Positions 39,200 to 53,730 of a stretch of DNA of 64,000 nucleotides are shown one piece after another (the stretch's first letter is position 1; each line of letters begins with the position of its first letter). Source of the DNA: Octopus vulgaris. Taxonomy: Eukaryota. A program made the position numbers and the translations under genes. Under the pieces are notes generated by a model, which saw nothing but the letters and a program-made list of their open reading frames with translations, made no database searches and was not told the DNA's origin. The stretch covers positions 54,374,001 to 54,438,000 of the forward strand of contig OX597829.1 in the NCBI GenBank assembly GCA_951406725.2, in the 5' to 3' direction.

Positions 39200-42100
39200 A
39201 CTAATGCTAGTGTTCCATGTGATAGCAGGGTACATTGGTATGGACAACTTTCGACTATCAAGTGTTCCCACCAATTCATTCCTTTGCAGGTACAAATGGA
39301 TTCCAAGGATCTCTTCTTTTCTCATTGCCAGATGCAAAACTCCAGAGTTTCTACCATCAATGGAATTTTATAAATTTAAGTCAGATTTGTTTTCCAATAT
39401 CTTGACAGACATCGACTGCAGTACTGTGAGCTGGAAGGTGTTATGCCACTGAGAAAGGATGTCAACAAAGTTGATGTTGTAAACGATTTTTGGCCCTTAA
39501 CTCTTCTTAACACTGAGTTTAAGATTTTTCCCAAGATGTTAGTGAAAAAGCTGGTGCTTTTGATTGGTGGTCTGGTGAAGAAGCACAAATGTGCATGTCC
39601 CGACTAGGTCCATCCACAACAACCTCAACCATATGCAATACATTATAGAGAAGTTTGGGAACAAAGCTGGCTTTGGCAAGGTCCTGATTGATTTGGATTA
39701 GTTGAAAGCTTTTCATTGGTGTTGACCATGGTTACTTATAGGCCATCTTGAAAGTGGTTGGGTTTAGACATGTTTTTCGATGTTTGGTCACAGTAATGCA
39801 CAGTAGCCACCACTTAGAACCGTTTTACATTGCATACTCAGTCTGACTAGACCTTTCTGTCTCTTGAGAGATGGATCAGGAGCCTCTGCTGTTGTAAAAT
39901 TTTGAACATTTTAGGGATATTCCTATGGAGTTAGAAACCAAGAGGGCCACGTCAGGGTATGCAGAGATGTGACCCTGTGATGTTGGAAGACAAATGGTTG
40001 GTACCATTCTGAAAAAATACGAAATGGTTGCAGGAGTAAAAGTTAATGCAGCCAAGTTGTTAGTGGTGGGGGGTGCAAATTGGCACCTGAGAAGTCAGAA
40101 GACAACTTTGTGGGATGCTGGATTAATGGAACAATTAATGCTCAGGATTTGGTTGACAGGCACTGCAACATGTTAAAGAATGGGGTAGCCAATGTCATCC
40201 AGAAACCAGCTAATAAGAAGCTGTTTTTGAAAATTAAGCATAGATGGTAAATTCCTACATCGTTTCCGTTATTTTCCACAATTTGACCATTGTGCTTTAT
40301 TCCAATCACCACCAGTTATTCAGTTTCTTTTGGAAAGAATACTTTCTATCATCAGGTTGTGCATCTGCTGCCAGCACTCCCTGCATGGCAGCTTAGGCAT
40401 GATCTGGCTGTTTGATATGCAGATTTGAACTGAGGTTCTGCTACCCACAAGTATTCCTACATGCTGAATGGGTAAGTTGATCAGCATTCGTGGGGCATGT
40501 CTTTCTAGAGCTTGTTTCCTTGATGAGTGAAGTTAGAACTGAGATTGGATGTCTGATATCTTGAAAGGCATTTGGTACTTACCAGTCTCTACAAGTCAAG
40601 CGATTGGATAGGCGGATGTTCCACTCTAAAGATTTCTAGAGGATTAGTGGTGGAGAAGAGAAGCAATGATCTGGGGGATTCTATGGGCTTCAATGAAAAC
40701 AAACTGGCTACAAGAAGTGTTCATTAAAGATTTCCCCTGGCCCACTTCCAAAGGACTGGGATAAACGAAACTTGGCATAATTATTAGTCCTTCTCTCCAT
40801 AGCCACCACCAATAGTGACAAACTTCTCTCATCGCTTTATGCAGCTGTGAAGACCTCATCTGTAGAAGTCTGTAAGTTGCATCTGGAGCCAAGACTTTAC
40901 CTCAGAAATAAGTTCATCATCATCTTAAAAGTGCTTCCGTTCAAAAAAAGACTTCATGTTTGGAAAGAGGTGGAAGTCAGATGGTGTAAGGTCAGGAGGG
41001 TAAGGGGGATGAAGAAGTATTTCATAGCTGCAGGAGTGTGCATTCATCTGGGCAATATGCACATTGTGAACTGGGGCATAGTCTTGGAGGAGGCGGACTC
41101 CTTTGGTCAGCATTCTACACCTCTTTGCTTTGATGGCATCCTGCAATTTCTGCAGCAGAGAAGCATAATATGCCCCATTAATTGTGGTGCCCTTTACCAG
41201 AAACTCCAGCATTACTACTCTGCACTGGTCCTCAAAAACCTGTGAGCATCACCTTGCCTGTTAACGGTTGGACAGGAGCCTTCTTTGGAAGTGGTGAGTT
41301 ATCATGCTTCCATTGCTTTAATGTAGTGATGGACCCATGTTTCATCTTCTGTGATAAATCTGCCAAAATAGTCCTCCTTGTTTTCTTGGCACATTGTCAA
41401 AAGAGCCTAGGAGCAATTGACTCATTCCTGCTTCTGAAAAGTTGTGAGATTCCAGGGAATCCATTATGCAGACAACTTCCACATGTGAAAATGGTCATGA
41501 ATGATTTTTTCCCACGAGCCCTACACTTATCTTCACTTCTTGGGCTAGTTTCCAAATAGTTATGAGGTGATCCACTAAAATGGTGACTTCCACTTTATGG
41601 AGGGTGTTGTCATCAATGGTGGAATGTGGCCATTAAAGAATAGGAGAAGTTTCCACTGATGTCCAACCACATTTGAACTGGCAATGCCAGTGCTTGACTA
41701 CATCGTATGGCAAATGGATACTAGAGGAAAATTGCAATTTACAATGTGACATGTAAGGATGTGTACGATTATACCTGTACAAGTTCTGTTTCATGCAAAA
41801 ACCGGAAGTGGGAAGGGGAAATCTTTAATGAACACCCCTCGTAGTCTGTTGTGGAAAACTTTTTTTTATTAGGGTCTGTTCTGAATAACTTCCAGTTGTT
41901 CTTGACTTGGTGGTGCTACCAAGGGGCTCTACTACCTTGGGATAAGCCCTAGCTCTGCCTGAGATGTGCTCGGAGTGACTAAACTATTCTCTTCACACTC
42001 ATTCAGTGTCCAGGTATTGTTGACTTAGGCAGTCATATCAAACAGCTTGTGTCATATGCGAGATGGATCTGGCGTTCAGTGAAATCCATCTTTATGATTG

Positions 42101-42330
42101 CTCCACTACCTTTAATTAGAGAAGAAGCCAGTTTTCCTTTTTGCTGGAGGCTATAGCAAAAAACAAAAAAAAAAAAAGAAAGGTTTTGTGGTCGACAAAG
42201 TTGAAATGTCCCAGGACAGAGACATACTTCTTTGGAAGAGCCTTCAATGACTTTTTTTTTTCAAGTTTAACTTGGAAGGTAAGGTTGGAGAAGATGGTGC
42301 TATTGTTGATTTAATTTATTGAAAGGTGAG
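39200..42330 (+). mobile_element. Decayed L1/Tx1-type LINE RT region, interrupted by the mariner
   Basis: PLTLLNTEFKIFPKMLVKKL..RSIHNNL..IDLD*LKAF..VDH; many frameshifts; boundaries approximate. Confidence 0.65.
40711..41841 (-). mobile_element. Mariner element with both TIRs and TA TSD, degenerate transposase
   Basis: TA-CAAGAAGTGTTCATTAAAGATTTCCCCT .. AGGGGAAATCTTTAATGAACACCCCTCG-TA; QDYAPVH..HPPYPPDLTPSDFHLF. Confidence 0.92.
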
Positions 42331-43717
42331 TGGGAATAGCAAAAATAATAAGAGTGGATAAGATTGCTCTAAGTATGAACCTGTAAGCTGGAGAATGACA
42401 GTTGGAGAAGGCATATGCTCATTCATGGTGTGCAGGTTGGTCACGGATTTGTGAGTTCTTCATCTGGTCCTCCTAGATTGAGGGCCTTCTGTATCAGCAG
42501 GCTTGCAACATCATCTTTCATTATTTGTATACCATGTTTTTTTTTTACCCTCATTCAATTTTTCTAAGTAATACCCTACACTTCTTGTAGAAATTTGTGA
42601 TCGTTGCCCTCAAACTTTACCTTGGTGGCGAAGAGTGGCGAGAATGGATGAAGATTGCTGTGTGAAAAAGTGCCACACCCTAGCAGTTGAGGGAACCTGT
42701 GGAAGAGGTAGACCCAGGAAAACCTGGGATGAGATGGTGAAGCACCACCTTCGAACATTAGGCCTCACCGAGGCAATGACTAGTGACTGAGACCTTTGGA
42801 AATATGCTGTGCATGAGAAGACCCGGCAGGACAAGTGAGACCATAACCCATGACCTTTACCAGGGATGTAGCCAGCTCACTTATGCATACCTTTCCTTCT
42901 TTGGACACACAACTCTGCTTGCGAAGACCTGTTGGGGCAAGTGAAATCGAAACTGAACCAAATTTGATGACTGGCACCTGTGCCTGTGGAGCGCTAACAG
43001 CTCCATCCGAGCAGGATCACTGCCAAAGCAGCTGTCTGGCTTCCGTGCCGGTGGCACATAAAAAGCACCATTTGAGCGTGATTGTTACCTGCGTCGCCTT
43101 ACTGGCACGTGAAAAAACATTCGAGCGAAGTCATTGCCAGTGCTGCTGGCCTGACTCCTGTGCAGGTGGCACATAAAAAACACCATTTTCGAGCGTGGCC
43201 GTTGCCAGTACCGCCAGACTGGCTCTCGTGCCAGTGGCACGTAAAATCACCTACTACACTCTCGGAGTGGTTGGTGTTAGGAAGGGCATCCAGCTGTAGA
43301 AACTTTGCTAGATCAGATTGGAGCCTGGTGCAGCCATCTGATTCACCAGTCCTCAGTCAATTTGTCCAACTCATGCTAGCATGGAATGCGGACATTAAAC
43401 GATGATGATGATGTTTGGATTTTGCTTTGTGTTTATACAAATAACTCCAAGTCTTAACCAGAGACTTCAAGAGACAACAAGTTAGAAGTTCAAGTTGGTA
43501 TTATGACTAAGGTGGCTGATAATTGCCATGTTTTTAGATTTGTACAAAGTATTGCTCCAGAGAATGTCTGTCGAAAAATAAGAAAATCAAAATTTGTTTT
43601 AAAAGTAATTTGATGATAAGATGATAGTGTGAGCTTAAGATTAAGGGAGTTTGCTATTATGTACATTTAAAAGTACTTTTATTATGTTTGTAGATTAAAA
43701 TGTCTTTGGAATTACCT

Positions 43718-43836
43718 ATTATTATTGTTGTTGTTATTGTTGCTGTTGTTGTTGTTATTATTATTATTATTATTGTTGTTGTTGTTGTTGTTGTTGTTGT
43801 TATTATTGCTGTTGTTGTTATTATTGCTGTTGTTAT
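43718..43836. repeat. (TTG/TTA)n trinucleotide tract abutting the exon 3 acceptor
   Basis: Direct inspection; ends about 14 nt before the exon. Confidence 0.9.
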
Positions 43837-43850
43837 CTCTTGGTTATTAG

Positions 43851-43955
43851 GTAGGGGCTTCACTTTTTGCAAGTAATATTGGAAGTGGACATTTTGTTGG
43901 ACTTGCTGGCTCCGGAGCGGCAACAGGGATAGGAATTGCTGCATTTGAATTAAAC
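43851..43955 (+). CDS. SLC5A coding exon 3
   Basis: ttag|[35 protein letters not shown]|gtaagt. Nearly identical to SGLT1 [19 protein letters not shown]; 105 nt. Confidence 0.97.
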
Positions 43956-46107
43956 GTAAGTATCGCAACATTTATCGATGAGAGCAAAGAGGAAATGGCA
44001 ATTTCCTTGCTAAGTAAATGAAGAAACAATGTCTTTATTTCTTCAATTCCTTAACTGTAAATCTGGCCAATTACAGGAATGTAACAATCCTCACTCACAT
44101 CTTCCTAAAAATCAACGGAACTGATCATTCACTGACAGTTCTACATACTACCTTGTGTGTAAGGTAGATAAATGTTTGTTACAACATTATATTACATCTG
44201 GTACACACACATACGTATATATTTAAAGAAAGATTTTTTTTAAAGTTATAAACAATTTTTTTAAATTATGTAAAAACAAATGTCACAAACTTTGGGGAAG
44301 AAGTTTTCATGTAGTGAGTATTTTGTGTGGAGGTGCTTTCATTGCTCAACTTTTCAAAATTGTTTTGTGTTTATGGTGCATCATCTTTTTATACAGTTCA
44401 GTGTAAAATTCCTCTCATAATTTCCATTATGTTCACAATTAAGGCCCTAATCAGCATAAAAACTTGCTGCCCTTCCAGCATAAGTACCAACCATTTAGTA
44501 ATATTTTTTACTGTCAAAGTGTAATTTGTGAAATTTCTGTATTCTCATCTATATTCTCTGCTTACTCTTGTTCTAAAAAGTATCAGTTCCTCATTAGATA
44601 AACTTTCTCTGTGGAATGTTAACAACTCACCTACAACAAATCCTATGATTTGCCTGAAAGCTTTTCTCAGATTATATGCCTTGAATCTAGCAACCACACC
44701 TCGATCCATTGATTAAAGTAAAGAAGCTGCATTGTTGGTAAAATACTCGAATCTCTTGACAGTATATTCTACTCTCACTTTACACAGAAAGCTTGTTTAA
44801 GATCCCTGAATGGCTTGTTGCACTGTCAAAGAGGAGCTATGCATTGTTGGAAACATCATGCTTGACATTGTATCTTTCTATTGTAGGACAAAAAAACTTT
44901 TGTAATCCACATTTCAAAAAAAGCTCTTAGTCATCCATTCCTTATTATTTGAATCCAAAATCAGAAACAAACTAAACTTCGCATAAACAAGTGGAATTCC
45001 CTCTAGAAGAATCATTAAATGATTTTTGGAAACTTTAAATTCTCATGTGATTTTTTTTTTTCCCCGAGAAATAAAAATTCTAGCAAGTATGTGCCTCTAG
45101 AAAAGAGCAGTTTCATCAATATTGAATATTTGCTTTGGGATGGAGCTCCTATTCAGCAATAAATTTTTACTGCAACTCAGAATAATTAGTAATAGCCTCT
45201 GTGTCTGCACTGGCAGCATTGCCTGTCGTTTTTATGTTGTGCAAATTCAAGCATTTCTTAAACATTTCAAACCATTCATTAGAAATTTTATCTTCCTTTT
45301 GTTTTTCTGCAATTCACCATACAAACTTTGCACAATGTATCAAGTCTGATCATCAGTCCATACATCCAAAAGCCATCTTATTTAAAGCATCACATCAGAT
45401 CTATGAAAAAATAAGTTCCAAGCAGTTAATGAAGTAACTTCTGGAACACTTGACTTAATTTTCTCTCTGTTGTAATGTATTGTTCCTTCTACTGATGTTG
45501 CAAGGTTAAGTGTTTTGGCAATGTGGCTGATTTGTATCTCCTGCATCAAGTTTAATATCCACTGTAATCCTTTTGTAGCTTCACTTTGAACTACAGCCTG
45601 CAGTCCCACTTGATGGTTCCTTTGCACAAATCTTGAATTGTAGGCAAATCCAACAGCTGCAGCAATCAACGAATATCCACAACAAATAGATTGCAAAAAT
45701 AAGACCAGAAAATTGTCTTCTAGTTCGCATGGATATAGAACTGAAATGTGAAGGCACATGGCTTAGTGGTAAGGGTATTCACCTCATGGTCGTATGTTCA
45801 TGAATTCAATTCCTGGCAACACATTGGGTCCTTGAGCAAGACACTTTATTTCACCTTGCTCCAGTTCACTCAGCTGGCAAAAATGAGTTTTACCTGTAAT
45901 TCAAAGGGCCAGCCTTGTCACATTCTGTTTCATGCTGAATCTCTCTGAGAATTACATTAAGGTTACACATGTCTGTGGAGTGCTCAGCCACATGCACGTT
46001 AATTTCACGATCAGGCTTTTCCATTGATCGGATCAGTTGGAACCCTCACCGTCATAACCAACGGAGTGCCATAGAGAGATTAGAACTGCAATGAAAGAGT
46101 GAAGTGA

Positions 46108-46750
46108 GATGGATGGATGGGTGGGTGGACGGATGGATGGGTGGATAGGTGGATGGATGGGTAAATGGAAAGATAGATGGATGAATGGATGGAGGGATGG
46201 ATGGATTAGTGGGTGGGTGGGTGGATGAATGGATGGGTGGATGGATGGGTGAGTGGGTGGAAGGGTGAATGGACGGCTGAATGGATGGATGGGTGGGTGG
46301 GTTGATGGATAAATGGAAGGATGAATGGATGGGTGAATGAAAGGATGGATGGATGGATGGATGGGTGGGTGGATGGATAGATGGATGAATGGAAGGCTAG
46401 ATGGATGGATGGATGGAAGGATGGGTGGATAGATGGGTGGGTGGATGGATGGATGAATGGGTGAATGGGTGGATGGATGGACTGTCAGGTGAATGAGTGG
46501 ACAGATGAATGGAGGGAGGTACAGATGGACAGATAGGTGGATGGGTGGTTGGATGACTGAGAAGATGGATGGATGGATTGATGGATGGTTGGATGGATGG
46601 ACAAGTGGGTGGTGGAGGGACGGGTGTGTGTGTTTACGGGTAGATGGATGAATGGATGGATTGATGGGTAGGTAGGTGTGTGGTTAGGTGTGTGGTTAGG
46701 TGTGTTGATGGATAGATGGACAGAGAGACAGACGGATGGATGGAGGGACA
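46108..46750. repeat. Degenerate (GGAT/GGGT)n tract
   Basis: Direct inspection. Confidence 0.92.
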
Positions 46751-48138
46751 CACTGAGTGATAAATAGATAAAAAGACTGACACTCATTTGACCAAAAGAA
46801 ATATTGGTCAAATATTCAGTGTGAAAAATTCTACTTCTCACTCCATAATGCTTATAGTGATGCATACACAACACACACACACACACACACACACTCATTC
46901 ACCCCCACTCACACATGTATCTATGTATCATGATTATAATTGTCCAAATTGTTAACTATTTTGATCTTATCTAAAACTCCTTTAGGCTGAAAAGAAAGTT
47001 TGTTTTTTAAATTCTTTAAATTTATCTGAGTTTCCATAATGGTGAAATGGCAGACCATATCTCATAATTAGCAGTTATACTTTACAATTTTCATATGTGT
47101 GAAATCCTGTTAGCTGAGGAAGCCATTACTGTAGGGGTGGAGGGAACACTTATAATTATAAAATGTGCTGCTCATGCATAAAAATGTTGTGTCATAAATT
47201 TTAATTAAATTTTGTAATTACGAGTGAAACAACTGTTCAATATCAGACTGAGAAATATATCCAAGAAATGACACAGAAAAAGATCATGTATTTGGTTATA
47301 CTGTAAGGTGGGAAGCGAAGGCTGATGGCTTAGTGGTTAGGTTGTTGCACTTGTGATCAGAAGATTATGAGTTCGATACCTTGACCAGGTGATGCATTGT
47401 GTTGTTGAGCTAAAAACTTGGTTTCACATTGTCCCTGTTCTCTCAGCTGGTAAAAATAAGGAATCCCGTGACGGACCAGCATCCCATTCAGGAAGGAATA
47501 TATACATCGGAGAAACTGGGAAACCAGTTCTATGTTCCTTGTGGCATAATGTAGATTAACCAACCATTAAATGGTAAAGGTTTTCAGTTGTCCTCAAAAC
47601 AGTAGTTAGATGATACTCTGTCTGATATTTGGGTAATGGTTTCTCCTACACAACAACGGCCATAAAAATGAGGTACTCAAGTCTGAATTGAAGTGACAAC
47701 ACAATGAAGACTCTGTGGTGTCGGTTTACATATGCAAGTGAAAGAAAGAAAGAGAGAGAGACAGAGAGAGTAAGTATTTATGTGTCTGTATGTATACATT
47801 TGACTGTTTCATTTTTCTGTTGAAAAGTTATATTTTTATTATATGCGTGAGAATTAATGTTGCAAGTATAAAGGTGTGCATTAAACCCCAAAAAGATAAA
47901 TGACAACAGACATTTTATTGTATCTTGTACAAACATGAAGAAAAGGAAGTTTAATGAACTAATGAACCATTAGTGAAGTTTTATGCACCATTGTGTCAGT
48001 GGAACCAGTTTAGACTCGGTGCTGTTGGCTTATGTATACGAGTGAGGGAAAGAGAGAGTGAAGGAAAGAGAGAGTGAGGGAAAGAGAGAGTGAGTGAAAG
48101 AGAGTGTAAGCATTTATGTATATGTATTTATACATTTG

Positions 48139-48622
48139 GTTGAGACACAATGGCCCAGTGGTTAGGGTAGTGGACTCGCGGTTTCAGTTCCCAGACTGGG
48201 CATTGTGAGTGTTTATTGAGCGAAAACACCTAAAGTTCCACGAGGCTCTGGCAGAAGGTGGTGGTGAACCCTGCTGTACTCTTTCACCACAACTTTCTCT
48301 CACTCGTTCTTCCTGTTTCTGTTGTACCTGTATTTCAAAGGGCCAGCCTCGTCACACTCCGTGTCATGCTGAATCTCCCCAAGATTAAGGGTACACGTGT
48401 CTGTAGAGTGCTCAGCCACTTGTACGTTAATAGATGAGCTGCAACATCACTGGTGCCGAGCTGTATCGGTCTTTGTCTTTCCCTTGGATAGCATTGGTGG
48501 CGTGGAGAGGGGAGGCTGGTATGCATGGGCGACTGCTGGTCTTCCATAAACAACCTTGCCCAGGGTAACTTTCTAGGTGCAATCCCCTGGTCATTCATGA
48601 CCAGGGGGCGGGGGGCACAACA
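48139..48622 (+). mobile_element. Chimeric SINE (family B 5' part, family C 3' part) with 13-bp TSD
   Basis: ATTTATACATTTG at 48126-48138 and 48623-48635; family C reference copy at 54890-55215. Confidence 0.7.
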
Positions 48623-48682
48623 ATTTATACATTTGACTGTACCTGTGTTTGTGTGTGTGTGTGTGGAGTGCAATAAGCTTAA

Positions 48683-49737
48683 CCCTTTCATTACTATATT
48701 TCTGACCAAATTACACCCCTTATGTGTTTCAATTAATTTCTAACATAATCATAAATTTAGTCTGGTTTCATTAAACAACTATAACTTTTTTATTTATCAA
48801 TATATTAACGTGAATTTTGGAAGATAATTTAATGAAATGTTCTCAACCAATTCTATACTATAATTTTTGTCACAAAGTGACTCTAATTGCAGGTAGATAC
48901 AGGTAAATTCCACAAAATATAAAATTATTAAAATTTTGTTCAAACATCGCTATAGAAAATGGGTTATTAGCTAATATTCAATTGGGTATGCAACAAAATT
49001 TTATGATAGAATTTGTTATTCTGGGTAACTTTCTGATACCCATAATAATATTTATGGCAAAATAGTCTTAATTTCATTTAAGGTTATGGGAAACCACTTT
49101 CTTTCGTTTAGCGTAGCGGTTCGTTTCCGCCGTAATGATTTCAAATAGGCTCATTTGAAAAAGTAAAAAGAAATAGTCTAAGGCTTTACTCTCCTGGGAA
49201 AGTCTGTGGCTTGGTCCAGTTTCTTCAGAAAAATCACCGAAAGAAACAGTTTTTAAATTTTCACTCCATTCAGGTGCCAATTCATTTTCTTTATCGCTGT
49301 TGGAGCTCTCGGATTCACTGTTTTCACTTTCGGAAAATGAAACATCAGATTCATTATCAAATACCACATGCTTTTTTTTTTCAGTCATAGAGTTAGATTT
49401 ATGAAGGTCTTCAGTAGAAAATCCTTCGAATTCTGACTTGCTGCTTGATATAATGAAATTCGTATCCATTTTTTGTCAGAATTACAAATTTTGAAAACAC
49501 AATAGGAACAAATTTCGGAAAAAAATCTCCCAAAATTCACGGAATTAAAATACACTTCGATTTTTGTACAAAACTGTAGTTGAACTGTTTACGAAGTATA
49601 ATACGTATTTTCACGAATGTACTAAAGAAATTTGCTCTGATATTCTCATTTAAATATGAATAGGTAAATTCGGGCGGCTTTGGGCGGTTTGGTCACATTA
49701 ACCAAAATTTTTTTCGGGTGGTTTGGTAATGAAAGGG
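48683..49737 (-). mobile_element. Internally deleted piggyBac element
   Basis: TTAA-CCCTTTCATTAC .. GTAATGAAAGGG-TTAA; ORF 49074-49469 is an acidic N-terminus plus LDYFFLLF..IITAETNRYA (piggyBac transposase start). Confidence 0.93.
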
Positions 49738-50400
49738 TTAATGTAACTTTACACCAATTTAGTAGAATTACATTTTGTTAATGGGTGTAATGTAATTTTC
49801 TTCAAAAGGAAAATACAATTGTGTCGGCAGTTGGTATAATTTGTATGGTGTGGAGTATGTTCTTGGAAACAGAAACACATTTCTCTAATATTCAGACTAG
49901 CATTTTCTATTTATAAATATTTTTCCTGAAAGAATCCATTCTACATTTTGAAAATTACATTGTACCACAGATTATAATATAAGAAAAATTATGCTGGCAG
50001 TTTGCAAAACAACTGAGAAAGATTGTGAAATAGAAGTGGGTCAGAGAACAAATGGCTCACCTATATTTTAAGAAAAATACTCTGTATGTCTTATTTAACA
50101 AGGATATAATTCAAGAAAGCCAAAATATTGCTGTATTTGTCTTGAGAAAGCATCTTGTAAAGACGTTTAGTGCTAAAGAGAACAGAGATATATCAGTAGC
50201 AGATGGAAGATGTCAGCAACAACAGCAGTGGGGGCTGCTCAATCATGGGATTTCTGAATGTTTGTGCATCATCAGTGGCAAGTATCTACTATCAACACCA
50301 CTTAAACACATTTCCTCTCTTACTGATACTTCACTGCTTTTTAGCACTATTCATCCAGATGAGATGCTTTTCATGGTGAATACCACAAGGATGTAGCTTT

Positions 50401-50624
50401 ATTTCTTTAAAGGGCTAAACATAGAGGAGACAAACAAGGACAGACAAAGGGATTAAGTCGATTACATCAACCCCAGTGTGTAACTGGTACTTAATTTATC
50501 GACCCTGAAAGGATGAATTGCAAAGTTGACCTTGGCAGAATTTGAACTCAGAACATAATGGCAGACAAAATACCGCGAAGCATTTCGCCCGGCATGCTAA
50601 CGATTCTACCAGCTTGCTGCCTTC
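50401..50624 (-). mobile_element. tRNA SINE with Meta-domain-like core and 15-bp TSD
   Basis: TTCATCCTTTCAGGGTCGATAAATTAAGTACC core; TSD CAAGGATGTAGCTTT at 50386-50400 and 50625-50639. Confidence 0.85.
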
Positions 50625-51149
50625 CAAGGATGTAGCTTTCTTTTAGTCATCCATGTCATATAAAATACAGATATTACCTTTCAGTACTGATACTGCTTTT
50701 GTTGCTAGTAACTAAATTTTTATAGGTTTTATTGTTATATTGAAAATAGAGTCAGAAAGTTTGGGGATCTTCAGGTTGGAGTTTTTTTAATGACTGTATT
50801 ATAAAAGAGTGAAGTGAAACTATAGTTGTGGCCAATGTTGGTGTCATGTAACCGGCACGTAAAAAGCACCTTTTGAGCGTTGGGCCTCATAGAGGCAAAG
50901 TGGATGATGCTGGTGGCACATGGAAAGCTCCTTTCAAGTCTTTCGTAAAGACAATGACAAATGACCAAGACCTTGGCATTATGTCATGCTTGAGAAGAAG
51001 ACCCATCAAGCCAAGTAAAATCGTAGGCGTGACAGATACTGGTGTCATGCAAATAGCACCCATGCCGGTGACATGTAAAAGCACCCATTACACTCTCAGA
51101 GTGGTTGGCATTTGGAAGGGCATTCAGCCATAGCAAGCCATGCCATAAA

Positions 51150-53040
51150 ACTGGATGTTATAACTCCATTTTTGCAGTTAATCAAATCAACATAATCCTG
51201 TGTTTTAAAATTAATTTTGCTAGATAGTTTGAAATTTCTTAATTATTAACGAGGTATTCAGGGAAAAGTTCTTGCTTTAATAATTCGTTGAATTGCTGCT
51301 TCCCTAATTTGTTTTCTTCCATCATCCTGCAGAGTCAGTAAAATATTCTCTGGATGGGGGGGAAAATACGAATTAGTTTTTAACGATTTCCTATAATTTC
51401 TTTATAATCTTGGTTCATATCTTGCATTAGATGTGCCATATACCAAAAATTATTTGCCCCTTCATGTAACTTTGGCTGAGATTTAATCCAGAACCAGCTT
51501 AGAGCATAAACTTGCATTATGATTTTAACAAGATGCATAATATTTTTTCGGGGATTTTTTCTCAAAACATATAAGCAAAGAATTCTGTTTGCATGTGTTA
51601 ACCACCTTGCATGACGGATTTTACCATGATGGATCTTGCTGCTAACTGCTCTGTAACAAACCCTTTCTCAATACTGAGGCATATTTCATACAGATATCAA
51701 CAACTTCTAATGGCAATTCCTTCACTTTAGTTTTTACAGGAGAAAATTTGATTATCTTTAAGCTCGTTACAGCTTCTTTAATTTTATTGCCAATTAAGTC
51801 TTTTGATGTTTGTGATCCTGTTGTTTTCCATCTATGGATTAAAAAGCTCATTTGAATGTAGCAGACATATCAGCCACTGAAGTGGTTTATAATTCAATTA
51901 TTTTAATTATCCCTTCTAAATGACCAGTGTTTACTGTAGTCCCATCACAACACAGCCCTGAAACTTTCTTAACTTTCAGAATCAATTAAAAAAGTAATAA
52001 TTTTTTCTGCAATGCAACGAGCTGTTCCCTTATCTGTGCAAACATGATCTAAATACTCATCACCAGGCTCTTTCACAATAACATAGTGCTCTTCACTTTC
52101 CATCCCTCTTGTTGTTTTAGTTTCATCTTTTCTGCCATCAAAGCCAATGTCTTCAAGCTTTGTATTTTCTGTTTTCATTTTCATAATAGTGTTTTTCCAA
52201 CTCTTTTTCTTCCTCTTTCAACTTTTTTCTTATCTAGTATATATTTGTATCATTTAAAATTCCCATATCTCTCAAAGCGGCATTAACAATGGTAGCAGCA
52301 GCAGCCCTGCAGCTTATCCGATATCTGTCTGCTGTGATGGCTAGATTCTCATAAGTAAATCTGTTTTGTTAGTTCTCTCTCAGTTCATTATCAGGAACAA
52401 AGTCGATGTCATCATCATCATTGTCACATGAGTAACAACTATCTTCATTAATATCACTTAGCCACCGATAATTAGTTGAAGCAACGTCCATGTCTAAGCA
52501 CATCCTTGCCTTCCAGTTTTCAAACCTTTGTGCTCTTTTTGCAGTTCTTTTTCTACCTGAAGTTATTTCTCTATCTACAGGTCCTAACTGATTAAGTCTT
52601 TCTTCCTATCCAACAAATGATTCTCATTCCATTATTAGTATTCTTATGTCACACCTACTCTCAGATCTTTTATCTGTTTCTCATAGCACGTGCAGGTGCA
52701 TATAACAAACATTTCAATGAACTCCTCTAATTTCTTATCAAAACTATCTCCTCTTTGCTTGATACGTATTTTGTTAAATTTATAAGCAGATTCAATCAGT
52801 CTCTCAATTCTTAGAGCTATTCCCTCAAACCCAATATAAGGAAAAGAAAATTCGCTCCATATTGTTTGCACAACTGCAGCAACAATCCAGTAGCATTCTT
52901 TCACTGTGGGTGAAATGTTTGATATCAGTTCTTCATGTTTTCTTATGTTAGAATACATTAGCCTTTGATGGGGTCATTGCTGTGGGAAATACTGTAGGAA
53001 ATGCTGAATTATGTCTTTTACTTCTAGTTGCCATTATATA
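51150..53040 (-). mobile_element. Fragmented hAT-like (hATm-type) transposase
   Basis: GFDGRKDET..EEHY..EPG..YLDH, CCDGTTVNTG, CLLH (CxxH); multiple frameshifts. Subfamily assignment is from memory. Confidence 0.65.
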
Positions 53041-53455
53041 ATTTTATATATTTAAATTATCACAGTTTAAATTTATGTACTTTTGTAAAATTATTATACA
53101 ATTTAGCTCTGAAATAATCTGAAAAGCAAAAGAAAATCATTTAATAAGTGTATACAAATTCTAAAAAAAAAAATCATTTAGCACATATTGAAAAGTTGTA
53201 ATTTTACCATGTTGGAGGGGTGCCTGCCAATTGTCTTATATCTCAATGTTTTTGCTATCTTTACTTAAGAGCACACACAGACACAAAAAGTCTCAGTGAA
53301 GAGGTTACAGATGTGTGAGGAAAGATTTCCAGGCAATGGACAGGTGTTAAACTAATAAAATAACAGTAATAAACATGTGAATAAAAAAATATATATAGCA
53401 TGTATGTTTATTTGGCAAAAAAATTAATACATAAATAAAATGACCATCCCGAAAT

Positions 53456-53497
<42 letters not shown>

Positions 53498-53730
53498 ACT
53501 CTTTTACTTTTTTCAGTCATTTGACTGTGGCCATTCTGGAGCACCACCTTTAGTCGAGCAAATCGACCTCAGGACTTATTCTTTGGAGGCCTAGTACTTA
53601 TTCTATCAGTCTCTTTTGCCGAACCGCTAAGTTACGGGGACGTAAACACATCACCATCGGTTGTCAAGTGATGTTGGAAGACAAACACAGACACACAAAC
53701 ATATACACACACACATACATATATATATAT

